Assembly: GCA_016206785.1 (NCBI GenBank)
Contig: JACQQV010000002.1
Coordinates: 1,554-65,553, forward strand
Direction: 5' to 3'
From: Candidatus Omnitrophota bacterium
Lineage (GTDB): Bacteria; Omnitrophota; Gorgyraeia; JACQQV01
DNA length: 64,000 nt
Position 1 is the stretch's first letter. Each line of letters starts with the position of its first letter. Positions 49,164 through 60,100 of this stretch are shown one piece after another. The notes below the pieces were generated by a model, which saw only the letters and a list, made by a program, of their open reading frames with translations, was not told the DNA's origin and did no database searches. A program made the translations under genes and the position numbers.

Positions 49164-49769
49164 TCATTCCAACATCAAATCGTCAATATATATAGACCCC
49201 TGCCCTGCTCCGCCCGGAAAACACTCGGTTTCAAAGCAGATGGCGATCGCGGCGATCTCCGAAAGATCTATCCCGAAAACATCGAGGGGAATAGAGGCCC
49301 GTTGCCAATCGGTCGTGATCTTCCCTTCCGGAAGATAGGTCCCGACATCTTCTGACTTTACGGTATCGTCCAATTCATCCCAGTGGCGATCCGAAATTCC
49401 TATCCGGAAATTTTCATCCCCCTTCGCCCCCTTCACCCAGAAATGAAGGATCTTAAAATGGCTTGCGTCTAGGTGTTTCTCGGCGATCTTCACGCGGGTG
49501 TAAAATCCGCACCATCCTCCTTTTCCATAAGGTCCCCCGACCCCTTTCTTGTCATAATCGAGTTTGAGTGCCTTTCCCCCCGGATCATGGCTTACCTCTG
49601 CGCTGACCGTGGCGACCGCCCGCGAAGGGGCCTGCTGATAGACGCTGGAGGCGCCCCCGAGGACATTGGACCGTTTGTCAAATTTGTGGATGATAAATTC
49701 CTCGGCAAATGCACACGTTCCTAGCGACAAGAAACAAGCGACAAGAAACGGTGTCTTTTTCACAACCAT
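49164..49769 (-). CDS. secreted protein with one VKGEKGGE-type beta-sandwich/CBM-like domain
   Basis: It has a signal peptide (MVVKKTPFLVACFLSLGTCAFA). The domain contains LDYDKKG...GWCGFY...FWVKGAKGDENFRIGISD...YLPEGKITTDWQRASIPLDVF. GGAGG is immediately 5' of the ATG at 49769. Confidence 0.7.
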   Translation of the reverse strand: MVVKKTPFLVACFLSLGTCAFAEEFIIHKFDKRSNVLGGASSVYQQAPSRAVATVSAEVSHDPGGKALKLDYDKKGVGGPYGKGGWCGFYTRVKIAEKHLDASHFKILHFWVKGAKGDENFRIGISDRHWDELDDTVKSEDVGTYLPEGKITTDWQRASIPLDVFGIDLSEIAAIAICFETECFPGGAGQGSIYIDDLMLE

Positions 49770-49831
49770 CCTCCTGCAGTTCGGAGTGGGGAGTTGGGAA
49801 TGTGGATTCCACACTCCGCATTCCGCACTCA

Positions 49832-51028
49832 TCATTTCCTCAAATGGAATTTTAAGTCGTCGATATATAAAACCCCTTCCTGTTTCTTATAAAAATTGAT
49901 GACAAAAGATCCCATCTGGGAGAAATCGAGGAGACCGAAATCTTGCAGAGGAATCGTGACCTCTTGCCATTCGGTGGTGACCCCTCCGGGAAGATATGCT
50001 TCAATCGGTCCCGCCTTCACTGAATCTCCAATCGTGAGCCAATTGCGATCCGCCATCCCGATTTCAAAGATCTCTCCCCCCCTCTCTCCCTTCACCATAA
50101 ACGTGAGCCTGTCATACCAGGAAAGGTCGAAGAAGGCGCCGTCAATTTCATTGAGAAGCGTATAGTACCCGCACCAACCGGTCCCTTCTTTTTGATAGGA
50201 AAGCTGTAAAGAGCGCCCCTTTCCTCCCCAGCGAGGTTCAGAAACGTGATTGAAGACGCAAACGGAAGGAAGTTTTTTGTAGCAGTTCGTCTTCCGACCG
50301 AGGAGATTTAAGTCATCATGATCAAAGTTGTCGAGGAGAAGATACCCCTGCTTTTCGATCTCCGCTTCCCGGTCGACCCTCTGCTCGGTGTGAAAGGTCA
50401 CTTCATCAATCCAGAAAGCGCCCTTTCCTATTTCGTTAAAATGAAAAACAATGCTGTACACCCGTGAAAGATCGGGGCCGAACCAGTCGCTTAATGGAAC
50501 TGCGACGCGCTGCCACTCGGTCGTAATCCCCTGCGGGAGGTATCGATAGATCGAACCGACAAAGACGGCATCCTCGCGCTTATTGGAAATAACGTCGTTC
50601 AAGCCCAGCTCAAACGTCTCCCCTCCCTTTTCTCCTTTGATATAAAACGTCATTGTTTTGTATTGAGAAAGATTCGCCATAATAATAAGGTAGGTGCCAA
50701 CAAATTCTTTCTCGCTCCGCCGGTCGTAAAGATATTTGACCGCTTCCTTGTCTTTCCCTTCCGGGTAAAACATCGTACCGTCGACAAAACAGCCGTATCG
50801 GGAAGGTTCGAGATTAAACCCGCCGATCCGCCCTCGGAACCCGAATTTTCGCTCTGCGGGAGTAAGGAAAGTATCTTGAGGAAGTGGGGGAAGATCTTTA
50901 AGCAGGATCGACTCCGCCCATGTGGGGGTAATGAGAAGGAGAAGAACAATAAGAGCGTATTTCGTATCTCGTGAAGCGTGAAGCGAGATACGCTTCACGA
51001 ACGACGAACGACGAGATTTATTTCTCAT
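49832..51028 (-). CDS. secreted protein with two tandem VKGEKGGE-type domains
   Basis: Copy 1 reads FYIKGEKGGETFELGLND...YLPQGITTEWQRVAVPLSDW. Copy 2 reads LSYQKEGTGWCGYY...FMVKGERGGEIFEIGMAD...YLPGGVTTEWQEVTIPLQDF. The start overlaps the upstream stop (ATGA). Confidence 0.7.
   Translation of the reverse strand: MRNKSRRSSFVKRISLHASRDTKYALIVLLLLITPTWAESILLKDLPPLPQDTFLTPAERKFGFRGRIGGFNLEPSRYGCFVDGTMFYPEGKDKEAVKYLYDRRSEKEFVGTYLIIMANLSQYKTMTFYIKGEKGGETFELGLNDVISNKREDAVFVGSIYRYLPQGITTEWQRVAVPLSDWFGPDLSRVYSIVFHFNEIGKGAFWIDEVTFHTEQRVDREAEIEKQGYLLLDNFDHDDLNLLGRKTNCYKKLPSVCVFNHVSEPRWGGKGRSLQLSYQKEGTGWCGYYTLLNEIDGAFFDLSWYDRLTFMVKGERGGEIFEIGMADRNWLTIGDSVKAGPIEAYLPGGVTTEWQEVTIPLQDFGLLDFSQMGSFVINFYKKQEGVLYIDDLKFHLRK
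50960..51015. repeat. Copy C of the CGTGAAGCG / CGCTTCACGAACGAC palindromic repeat family (inside 5' coding end)
   Basis: The sequence is tcgtatctcgtgaagCGTGAAGCGagataCGCTTCACGaacgacgaacgacgag. It encodes the SSFVKRISLHASRDT n-region of the signal peptide of the 49832-51028 gene. Confidence 0.55.
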
Positions 51029-53355
51029 TTCAACTCCAGGGTCCCGAACGTCGTCGGATCCCCCCAAATCCTATTGGTAGACGTGGAGATGAGACACTTC
51101 TGGGGGGCGCGGGCGTCATCTGTATCACTCACGTCGACACTTATCCCGAACTTTCTCCCCTTTACAAGCCGGGTATCGCTTCCTTTCTTCGCGGTGGCAA
51201 AAAGAATCTTCGTAGGGATGCGCGCCTCCAGGGTATACCCTCTTTCTATTTTCTTTGCAGCAACGGTCGCCTCCAAAAGGAGCGTCTTGTCGAGGGGAGG
51301 GGTCCATAAATAAAGTTCGGGTTTCAACGTTCCAAAATTACCGGGGCTTAACCCAAACTGAAAATCATCATCACTATTCACCGCTTCTGTATAATCTCCT
51401 TCAAGATCCATATCGAGCCAAATTTCCACGTGGTCCCCTTCCCAAAGATCCTCTCCTACCTTCTCCTGTGCCAACCGATCATCAAAGACGGCGACAGCCA
51501 GATAAAGGGCTCCTTCATCCCAACGGACCGATGCTTTAAAAGAGAGGTCCTTCTTTCCCCGCCAGGCCCCCTGCCCATAGACAACGTTTTCTTTTTCCTC
51601 AACAGTCGGCGCCTGGATCAACTCTTCCCATTCAAAGAGATCTCCGTCGGTAGTGACCGGTTTCGAGACCTGCATCGCATCGACCGTATAAAAGATTTTT
51701 CTTTCCTTTGTAGGAACGTTACGGCTTTTCTGAAGGTTTTTGTAACTGGAATAATGATGAATCGAAAATCCTTCGAAGGAAGAATAGGCCTCTACTCCTT
51801 GGGCAACCTCTTTCAAGACCTCCTCCATCCCCTCCCACCCCTCCTCAAAAAAGGTGTTGCGCCGACCGCCCTGCTTCATGGCAACAAGGTCTTGCGTCTC
51901 GACGCCGATCGACACCTTCTTTCCCATCGCCTCGGCCAATTGAAGGTGCGAAACGGCATTCCCTCCGATTTCCCTAACGGTGTCGTAGTAATCCATGAGT
52001 GCAATCGTGTCGACCGCCTCAAAAATCGACTTTTCGAATTCGGGTCCCTCCGCATCATAGAAAATAGGGGCCACCACGCCAAATCGGAACTTCTGATCGG
52101 GATACTCACCCAAGAGGGCTCTGATCTTTTTCAAGAGCGAAAGGAAACTCGCCTTCACTTTCTCCCGATTCTCATTCCACGCTTGATCGAGATACGGCTC
52201 GATATCCAGGGAAATCCCGTCCATGCGTGCCTCGACCGGGCGCTTCTGGTTAAACTCGAGAAAGGCACGGATCCATTGAAGCGCAACGGCGTGATTTTCT
52301 TCAAACTGCCAGATCGGGTTTCCGGTCAAAGCTTCGATGCGCAGCTTCCGCTTGTGCGCCTCTCGCAAAAATCCTTCCAGATGCTCAGCATACTTCGGAT
52401 CTTCCTTTTCGGAAAACTCCCCGATATAGAGGTAGAGATTTTGAATCCCTGTACGATCGCACAATTCAAAAAGTTCTTTGCGGGCCTTCAAGTTTTGCGC
52501 CGGATCGATATTCCAGACCCAGAGACTTCGGGGATGAAGCGGATCTCTCAAGGCGCGGGGGGCGTTTTCCAAAAGGATCCTTTCCACCTCGGGATCGTTT
52601 TTAAACAGGACGTCTTCAAGGTAAATACGGCCCCTCCCTTCGTAACGGAACCAAAGGACAAAAGAGCCCATTTCTGAAAGGTTCATCTCTGCGGCCAGTT
52701 TGGTCATTGGAAGCTTGACCTCCTGCCACTCGGTCGTTACCCCTTTCGGAAGAAAATTGTTGACCGATCCGAAATAGACAGCGTCGATGCCGAGGTCCTG
52801 CATCCTTTGATCCGCAAGACCGATGTCAAACACCTCCCCTCCCTTTTCACCCTTTACCCAGAAAGAGAGGGTATTCAAACCCGATACATCGATCCCAGCC
52901 AAAAGGTTATAGTATCCGCACCATCCCCCATCCTTATAGTAGTCGATTGCAAGTCCACGTCCCTTTTCCCCTCGACGCACAGTGTCTGATTTGGAAAGAA
53001 GTGAATAGGAAGGACGGTGCGCCCAGCTCCCTTGGTAACTTCCAAGCGAATTGAAACGCTCGGTGAAAATGCCGCTTGTGGCACCGAGATCAAAGTTGTC
53101 GACCAGGATACTTTGGGGAACAATCTCCACCTCTACTTCCGGTCCGGGTGCCTCGGAAGGGGCCTCAGTCATTTCCTTTGGAAGAGGAGGATAAAGACGG
53201 AAGGCGGCTTCTTGTTCAGGAACTGTTTCGAAAGGACGGCCTTTGTGAAAACGAGGACTCACCAAAAGGATGATCATGATAAGGGCAAGTAACAAAAAAA
53301 CCCCTAGGAGAATGAGTTCTTTTCGAATCCCTCTGAATCGTTTTTCCGGCGTCAT
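51025..53355 (-). CDS. membrane-anchored multidomain glycan-active protein: VKGEKGGE domain + TIM-barrel-like hydrolase-like region + CBM9-like C-terminal domain
   Basis: It has an N-terminal TM segment (ILLGVFLLLALIMIILLV). The VKGEKGGE domain reads YYKDGGWCGYYNLL...FWVKGEKGGEVFDIGLAD...FLPKGVTTEWQEVKLP. The C-terminus (GDLFEWEE...GALYLAVAVFDD...GDHVEIWLDMD...RIWGDPTTFGTLEL) resembles CBM9/DOMON-like modules. Confidence 0.65.
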   Translation of the reverse strand: MTPEKRFRGIRKELILLGVFLLLALIMIILLVSPRFHKGRPFETVPEQEAAFRLYPPLPKEMTEAPSEAPGPEVEVEIVPQSILVDNFDLGATSGIFTERFNSLGSYQGSWAHRPSYSLLSKSDTVRRGEKGRGLAIDYYKDGGWCGYYNLLAGIDVSGLNTLSFWVKGEKGGEVFDIGLADQRMQDLGIDAVYFGSVNNFLPKGVTTEWQEVKLPMTKLAAEMNLSEMGSFVLWFRYEGRGRIYLEDVLFKNDPEVERILLENAPRALRDPLHPRSLWVWNIDPAQNLKARKELFELCDRTGIQNLYLYIGEFSEKEDPKYAEHLEGFLREAHKRKLRIEALTGNPIWQFEENHAVALQWIRAFLEFNQKRPVEARMDGISLDIEPYLDQAWNENREKVKASFLSLLKKIRALLGEYPDQKFRFGVVAPIFYDAEGPEFEKSIFEAVDTIALMDYYDTVREIGGNAVSHLQLAEAMGKKVSIGVETQDLVAMKQGGRRNTFFEEGWEGMEEVLKEVAQGVEAYSSFEGFSIHHYSSYKNLQKSRNVPTKERKIFYTVDAMQVSKPVTTDGDLFEWEELIQAPTVEEKENVVYGQGAWRGKKDLSFKASVRWDEGALYLAVAVFDDRLAQEKVGEDLWEGDHVEIWLDMDLEGDYTEAVNSDDDFQFGLSPGNFGTLKPELYLWTPPLDKTLLLEATVAAKKIERGYTLEARIPTKILFATAKKGSDTRLVKGRKFGISVDVSDTDDARAPQKCLISTSTNRIWGDPTTFGTLELK

Positions 53356-53401
53356 GTTGCACCATTATATTACACGTTCTCTCCCACCGCAAGCCCAAAG
53401 C

Positions 53402-54151
53402 GGGACTAAGTCCCTCCTGCGGTTAGACCCTTCCCCAAGCCTACCGAGACCCATTAAAAAAATCTAACTTTTTTGCAAGAAAATTTAACATTTTTACGTC
53501 ATGTATATTAGGAGCCTTGCTTATGATGAAAGGAGAAAACAATGCCCAGAACACATAGAGACGTATCGGATCCCGGTCTATACCACATCATCAATCGTGG
53601 AAACAATAGAATGCAAATCTTCCGAGACAACGATGACTACCAACATTATTTGAGACTCCTCAAAAGGTATAAGTCTTTGTTTAACTTCAAATTATATGCA
53701 TTTTGTCTGATGCCGAATCATGTCCATCTTCTCCTCGATACAATCGGCCCTCATAAAGGGGCCTCCCAGATCATGCATCGGCTCAACCTCGCCTATAGCA
53801 GTTGGTTTCAACTTCGCTATGAGTGGAAAGGCCACGTATGGCAAGGGCCGTTTCATAGTCTTCTCATTGACAAAGAGCGATACCTCTATGCCTGCGCAAG
53901 ATACATTGAATTGAATCCCTATCGAGCAGGTCTTGCCAGAGATCCAGTTGACTATCCATGGAGCAGTTTCCGCGACCATTTGCTTCCAAAGAGTTCTGGC
54001 CTGCTTGACCAACAGGAAATGGCTGATTATCTCTCATTAGGCCCAGACGAAAAATTCATCCAGGTCTACTCCGATCTTGTTCAATCCAGCCTTAGGGAAC
54101 AAGTCTAAGGCTCCTTGGGACTAAGTCCCAGCACAGACGGGACTTAGTCCC
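53402..54151. mobile_element. RAYT (REP-associated tyrosine transposase) unit with flanking GGGACTAAGTCCC hairpins
   Basis: One GGGACTAAGTCCC copy lies at 53402-53414, upstream of the gene. A doublet lies downstream: GGGACTAAGTCCC at 54117-54129 and its reverse complement GGGACTTAGTCCC at 54139-54151, separated by 9 nt and followed by TTTTT. Confidence 0.6.
53542..54108 (+). CDS. REP-associated tyrosine transposase (RAYT; IS200/IS605 Y1 TnpA-like)
   Basis: It has the HUH motif (PNHVHLLLD) and a catalytic Tyr region (YIELNPYRAGL). At 188 aa it has the size of a RAYT. AGGAG sits 7 nt before the ATG. Confidence 0.8.
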   Translation: MPRTHRDVSDPGLYHIINRGNNRMQIFRDNDDYQHYLRLLKRYKSLFNFKLYAFCLMPNHVHLLLDTIGPHKGASQIMHRLNLAYSSWFQLRYEWKGHVWQGPFHSLLIDKERYLYACARYIELNPYRAGLARDPVDYPWSSFRDHLLPKSSGLLDQQEMADYLSLGPDEKFIQVYSDLVQSSLREQV

Positions 54152-54156
54152 GGTTT

Positions 54157-57100
54157 TTACACGCCACTCCCAACTTCAACGGGTTTCTGCATCAAAGGAA
54201 ACTCCCCTGCCCGAGGAAGATCAAGTAATCGCCTGCCCCCATCTTGAGCGGGTCCTCTTTTCTTCTCCCAAATAGAAAAACTTCCTTCACCGAAGGGAAC
54301 ATCAATCTCTTTCCAAAAATTATTCTCAACCACTCCAGCCGGTGCAACAAGGTATCCCCCCTCCCTTAATCCACCGATTTGGAGGAGGGGCCCTCCTCCT
54401 CTCATGAAATAAAGATCAAAACCTTCCCTAAGGACTTTTTTAAGATGCTTGGGATAACTTTCTGGTTGAATCAGATCCACCTTTTCGAAAAAGGTGATCT
54501 TTCGAGGAATCCGTTTCCCATCATCCGGATGGGCCCAATTAAAATGGATCTCAAAGGTCTTCCTTCCGATGTGTCGAATCCCTTGAATCTCAGCCCCCAT
54601 CCCCACAAGGTCCCAAAGGAGGGGAACTTTTAACCCTCCCAGCTGGCGTAGTGAGAGTTCCCTTTGAAAACCACTGTCCCACACTGTTCTATCTATTAAA
54701 AACCATTCGAGGAGGAGTGGGTCGTTTATCCCCTCCTCCTTTCCAAAGGGAAGGAAATCCACAAAGAGGGCATCGGTAAGATTTGTGGCAAGGAAGAAAC
54801 TCGCAGCATCGCCTCCAGAAGCGTAATAAAACCCTCTCTGGAGTTCTCCATGAGGATTGACGATATTTTTGATTCGGGTGTAAGAGTCTATTTGAATCGA
54901 GCTGACCACTTTTTCCTCGAGTAATTTCTTAATCTCCGGCGAAATCTCCGGCGTAACCCATTTTCCTTTTCCACCCCCATCCCGGGAGGTACCTTCTTCT
55001 ACATCGTTCAAAGAGAGAAGTTCCTTTAGACTCGCAAGGTCTTCTCGAGGACCTTCGAGAAGCCGCGCTTCAATCCAATTTTTCAGATCCTCCTTCTCCT
55101 CTTCGGATAGGGAGACGATGCCGGCACCGATCGGTTGAAGCGCCATTACTTCTCGCACCCACTCATCCTCCATCGCGACCGGGAGACCCTTTTCGATGAT
55201 CGCCTTCTCAAATTGAAGTTTCGGAAGAAGGATCTTATCGAAGAGAGCTTTGGGGATGGAATTTTGAGTGATAAAAGCATCAACCCAAAGAACCGATCCT
55301 TTTTCATCCAAACCGATAAGTCCCTTCACAGGCTCGGAAGCCTCAAAGATAGGAATGCCCATTGGACGAAGTGCATGTTTCACTTCTTGATATTCGATAA
55401 AATGGGATCCGTCGTCGTGCGCGAAAGCGTCGGAATCCGGCCACAGGTGCTTGAAATTTTCGATGGAGTAGACTTCATAGGCACGGGTACGGTAGTGATT
55501 CACAAGGGAAGGCGGGGCAAAGTGCGAAAGTCTTTGCGCAGTGACTTCAATCGGATGCCCCCCAGCGACCTCCCATCCTCCCTGGTGGAGACGGGTCAAA
55601 AAGAACAAAGCCAGATCACGATCCTTGGTCAAATACCCCAAATCCCGGAGCACCACCCGCCCATTTCGAATCCTCGTATTTTTCAAGAAATGAAGGTCCA
55701 GATTCACAATGCGCTTTTCCTTGATAAGCCACACATCCAAGCGAAACACTTCTTCAATTTTCGCCATGGCCTCTTCCAGTTTCCCTTCCTGCACCAACTC
55801 TTTAAGAATATCGACCATAAATACGTCGTTTCTTTCCCTCACAATGGCATGCCGAAGGTGAATCACCGCCTCCTCCCCGTCTTTAGGGATTCGAAGCGTC
55901 ACGTTCTCTAAAATCACAAAAGGATCAATGTAGGTATCCTCTAGTGCAGCCGCGATTCGGTAACTCTCCAATCCATACCCGACGCTTAAATCTTCTCCGA
56001 ATAAATGACGGAGGACTAACTTGATTCTTTTCTTCGCTGCTTTGGCCCAGGGAGAGGTTTGGTGGTTGAGCGTCACTTCCGTATTTTCCTGCAAATCATA
56101 AATCGCCAAGTCTTCGCTTAGGTAAATCGTGCGTGCCTGGGCCCCTCCAAAAATCGGTGTGAAGCGCTGCCGAGCGATCTTTTGAAGGAGCTCTTCTACC
56201 AACCCTAGATGCGTGCCGCCATCTTTGGAAGTAGGCACAATCGTCGTTCCCGCTTTTCCTTCGAGCGCCTCTAAAAGATGCTGTCCGTCTGTGATGATGA
56301 CTTTTTCTCCGCCGTTTCCGAGGAAATCGATCGCCGCCTCGATCTTGGGGCCCATGCTCCCGGCCGGGAATTGACCTGCGGCAAAATACCGCTTCGCTTC
56401 ATCCATGGTAAGCGTCGAGAACGCTCTTTGCGTCGGTTTCCCGAAATCAAGTGCCACCTGATCCACCGCCGTCAAGATAATAAATTGCTCCGCCCCAATA
56501 CGCTTGGCAAGAAGTGCGGAGGTCCGGTCTTTATCAATCACCGCATCGAGACCTTTAAGCCCTCTCAAAGAAACGGGGATCCCCCCACCACCGGCCGCTA
56601 CAACGATCACCCCTTTCTCCAGAAGACCCTGAATAATCTTCTCTTCCACGATCTCTCTTGGAAGAGGTGACGGCACCACACGGCGCCATCTTCCCGGTTT
56701 ATATTCTTTGAATACCCAGCCCCTTTCATTGGAGAGTTGCTCTGTTTCTGCTTTTGTGTACTCTTTCCCGATGAATTTCGTGGGATTTTGGAAAGCGGGA
56801 TCATTAGTATCTACGACAACATTCGTGATGAGAGCGACAACCTCCTTCGGAACGCCCTCTTTTTGAAGGAGTCTCCGCAAAGTGGATGCGATCATATAAC
56901 CCATCGATCCCTGTGTCTGCGCCCCGACATATGGAAGTCGCATGGAAGGGGCTTCCTTCTTTTCCGCTGCAATCTCTATCCGAAGAAGTCCTTCTCCAAC
57001 CTGTGGTCCGTTTCCATGCGTGATGACGACTGTTTCTCCCCGCTTGATCAACTCCACTACTGGCTCCAGCATTCTTTCGAGGCTCGGTAACTGATCATCC

Positions 57101-60100
57101 GATGTCTCCCCTTCAAACGCATTTCCACCCAGCGCAACCACAAAGGGAGCACTCTTTGTGCCGCCGTCGTTTGATGAGGGGGGGAGATCCTTTCCCGCGA
57201 CGGGAAGGGTGAGGAGCCGTTCCTCCAGGCGCCCAAGTTCTCTTAGAGTGGCCTCATGGTTTTCCTTAAGTTTGATAACGAGTGGAATCCGATCAAATGG
57301 AATATGTGCCTCATCGAGAACTTCAAAAATCCCGATCCTTCTTTCCTCGTCCTTTTCCTTGGAGTGGAGAACCGCTACGTGGTAGATATTTTCTTGTTCT
57401 TTAAATTGTTCCAAAAGCCCGATGACAAACACCTTATCCCATGTGGCAATGCCCCTTTCAAAAAGCTTCTTGGCATATTCCCACTCTTCATCATCGGTTT
57501 CCAAAAGAAGTTCCTGCTTCACCTCATCCCAAGTCGCAGGGGCCGTTTCAAAAATAGCCTCGAGCCGCGCATTCAGCATCTTCCGGGCATAATAAGAAAT
57601 GTGAAATCGGTAAATCTCGATCGCCTTTCCCCGGCTTTTCTCCATCATGATATTTTTTCCGATACCGGGATAATCCTCTCCAGTGTAAACGGCCTCCACT
57701 GTAATACGCTTACCAGAAACAGGATCCCGATCCAAAAGTGCAACGGCTCGAATCATTTCATTGATGACTTCGGGCGTAAAGATGCGTGTATCGATATCTG
57801 TTCCCTTCTCTCGATTCACCTCCTCATTCTTATACTGCACCCGCTCATAATAGTAAGGCGTCATGGTGAGGCCTGCGCCGGGAAGAATTTCATTCATACG
57901 GGGATTGTAGGAGATGGAAGGGGTCGTTAATATAGAAAATGGGAGAAGGATCTTCTGGGATGGAACCACAAGGCCTGCGCCGACGAGAATACCTGTTTCG
58001 GCAGAAAAAGGATAAATGATATCTGTATTTGTGCCCAAGAAGGCGGCCGTTGGATAATAAGCCTCTTCGGTAGGTCCACGGCTCGGATGATTACTTCCCG
58101 TATGGTGGCCCCCCACATTTCCCATTCCGCCTGGCCAAAGGCCCGCGATCAAAATCGAAGGATGATTTTTGCCGACGAAGGGACCTGCCAAAAAGGCGAC
58201 CACATGCCCAAATCGCATGATGGAATGAGGTCCAATCACAGCATCTTCGACGACGACATTGTCCTTGGCTCCCGAGTGTGCCATGAAAATCGCGTTCCGA
58301 ACCGTTGCGCGCTCTCCAATATAGGTTCCTTCGTGGACGATAGTGTCCGAAACAATCGCGCCAGAGTTAATGACGGAGGGATAACGTCGACTGCTTAAGA
58401 CCGTCACGTCGTGGAGTTCCTCAGCATTTTTGATGGCCGCGTATTCGCCAATTTTTGCGTTGATGATTTCTTTCGTTCGTAGAATGGTGGCCCCTTGAGA
58501 GACCTTCCCCCGTTCAGACCTCAAGACATTTGCGTGCTCCTTTGCCGTCCTTCGATGCGTCTCCAAAAGGAGACGATCATTTCTTTTCATGACAATCCGC
58601 GCGATCTCCTTAAAGGTGAGTCGATCGTCACTGATGAGATCCGGCTTCCTCTCCTTCTCGGGTCCGATCGCGATCTCAATGCCATTTCCAAAAGTGCTTT
58701 TCCCTCGCATGGAAAGATAGGAATCCTCGATGCGAACATGGTCTTCAATGTCGTATCGTGATATAGAGGCGCTGAGAAGGGATGAGCCGTTTCCAATCGT
58801 GGAATGATCGATCTCTTTCCCGCGGATGATCTTGACGTTTTCTCCAATGACAGAACTATTGATGAGACCGCTGAGATGACTCCTGCGACCGATCTTGCTT
58901 CTGCCGGTAATACGCGTACCCATATCCATCACGCCATCCCAGAATTCGCTGATATCCACATGCGGGCCGATATAGATCCTCTCCAAAAGAATGCTTAAAG
59001 CACCTCCTCTCACTTTTACCCCTTGGCGCTCCAATTGTTTCGCAAGATCCACCTTCCGCTGAAAGTGGGGATCGCTCTTTAACTGCTTCAGCATCCCTTC
59101 AAATATCTCTCTAAAGTTTTTATTACCACCATCTCTGGCCACACTTCGTCTGTGCAAGACCTCTTTCTCAAGTGCCCAGACAGATTCAGGATCATTGGGC
59201 TGGATCAGTTTATAGACGTCCTCGGGTGGAACAGTCACCGCCTCTGCCGAAAGACCTGCTTCGATAACACCTATAATTCCGTATTCAATGAGCGGCTGCG
59301 TGCGGAAAGGACGAAGGGTGCGGAGAACCTGACGGAGTTTTTCTGTCCTTTTAAAGCCGTAAAATCCTGCATTGACGAGACGGATCGCCTTCAAGTCTCC
59401 CTGACGGTAAAGCCTTCCGCTGATCTTCTGATCCCCTTGATCGATTTCACTCTGTTCAACAATCTTTAAAATCTCACTGCCCTTTGAAAGGAGGATGCGA
59501 CCAAGACCATTCGGATTTTCGACCTCTTGAGCGACAAAAATGGCGTCACGGGTTGTTTGGTGAAGTGATTTTTCTAACCATGTCATAAACTTCCCATCAA
59601 TCGCGGCCGCATCTCCATTGATGACAAGAACAGGACCGTCGTATCCTTGGAGGGCTTGAAGACCCTGCAAAAGACCTTCCGCCGTCCCTCCCCGAGGAGG
59701 CGTCTGTTCAATATACGTCAAACCCGGAATTTCCCGGTCGAACGCCTCGACTACCCTAATTCTTCCGTATCCCACCACAACTACCGTCGGGATCCCTTTT
59801 TCTCGTAATGCAAGAATCGGCCAGAGGCTCATCGGTCTTCCCAAAAAGGGAAAAAGATGCTTGAGATGCGGCTTCATCCGTGTCCCTTCCCCTCCTGCAA
59901 GGACGATCGCAGCAATCCCCCGTTTTCTGACAAGGTCGAGATCGATCGGATTTTTCAGATAAAGATCCCCTCGGCTCAGTTTCTCGTCAAATGTCTCTCC
60001 GAGTGTTTTGTTGCTTCCGTCCTGCGCGGCCGGGCCTGAACGCCTCGCCTCTTCGACCGCCCGACGGAGGAGCTTAATTTTTTCCATATTATTCGGTCCC

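Noticed and set aside
53356-53541. Possible tRNA or small RNA in the AT-rich gap before the RAYT
   Set aside because: I could not fold a cloverleaf or find conserved tRNA boxes by eye. The region looks like a promoter and leader.
55135-55911. Plus-strand ORFs (258 aa and others) inside the 54157-60927 region
   Set aside because: They are antisense to a continuous 6.8-kb reading frame with coherent domain content, which is typical of shadow ORFs in GC-rich coding DNA.
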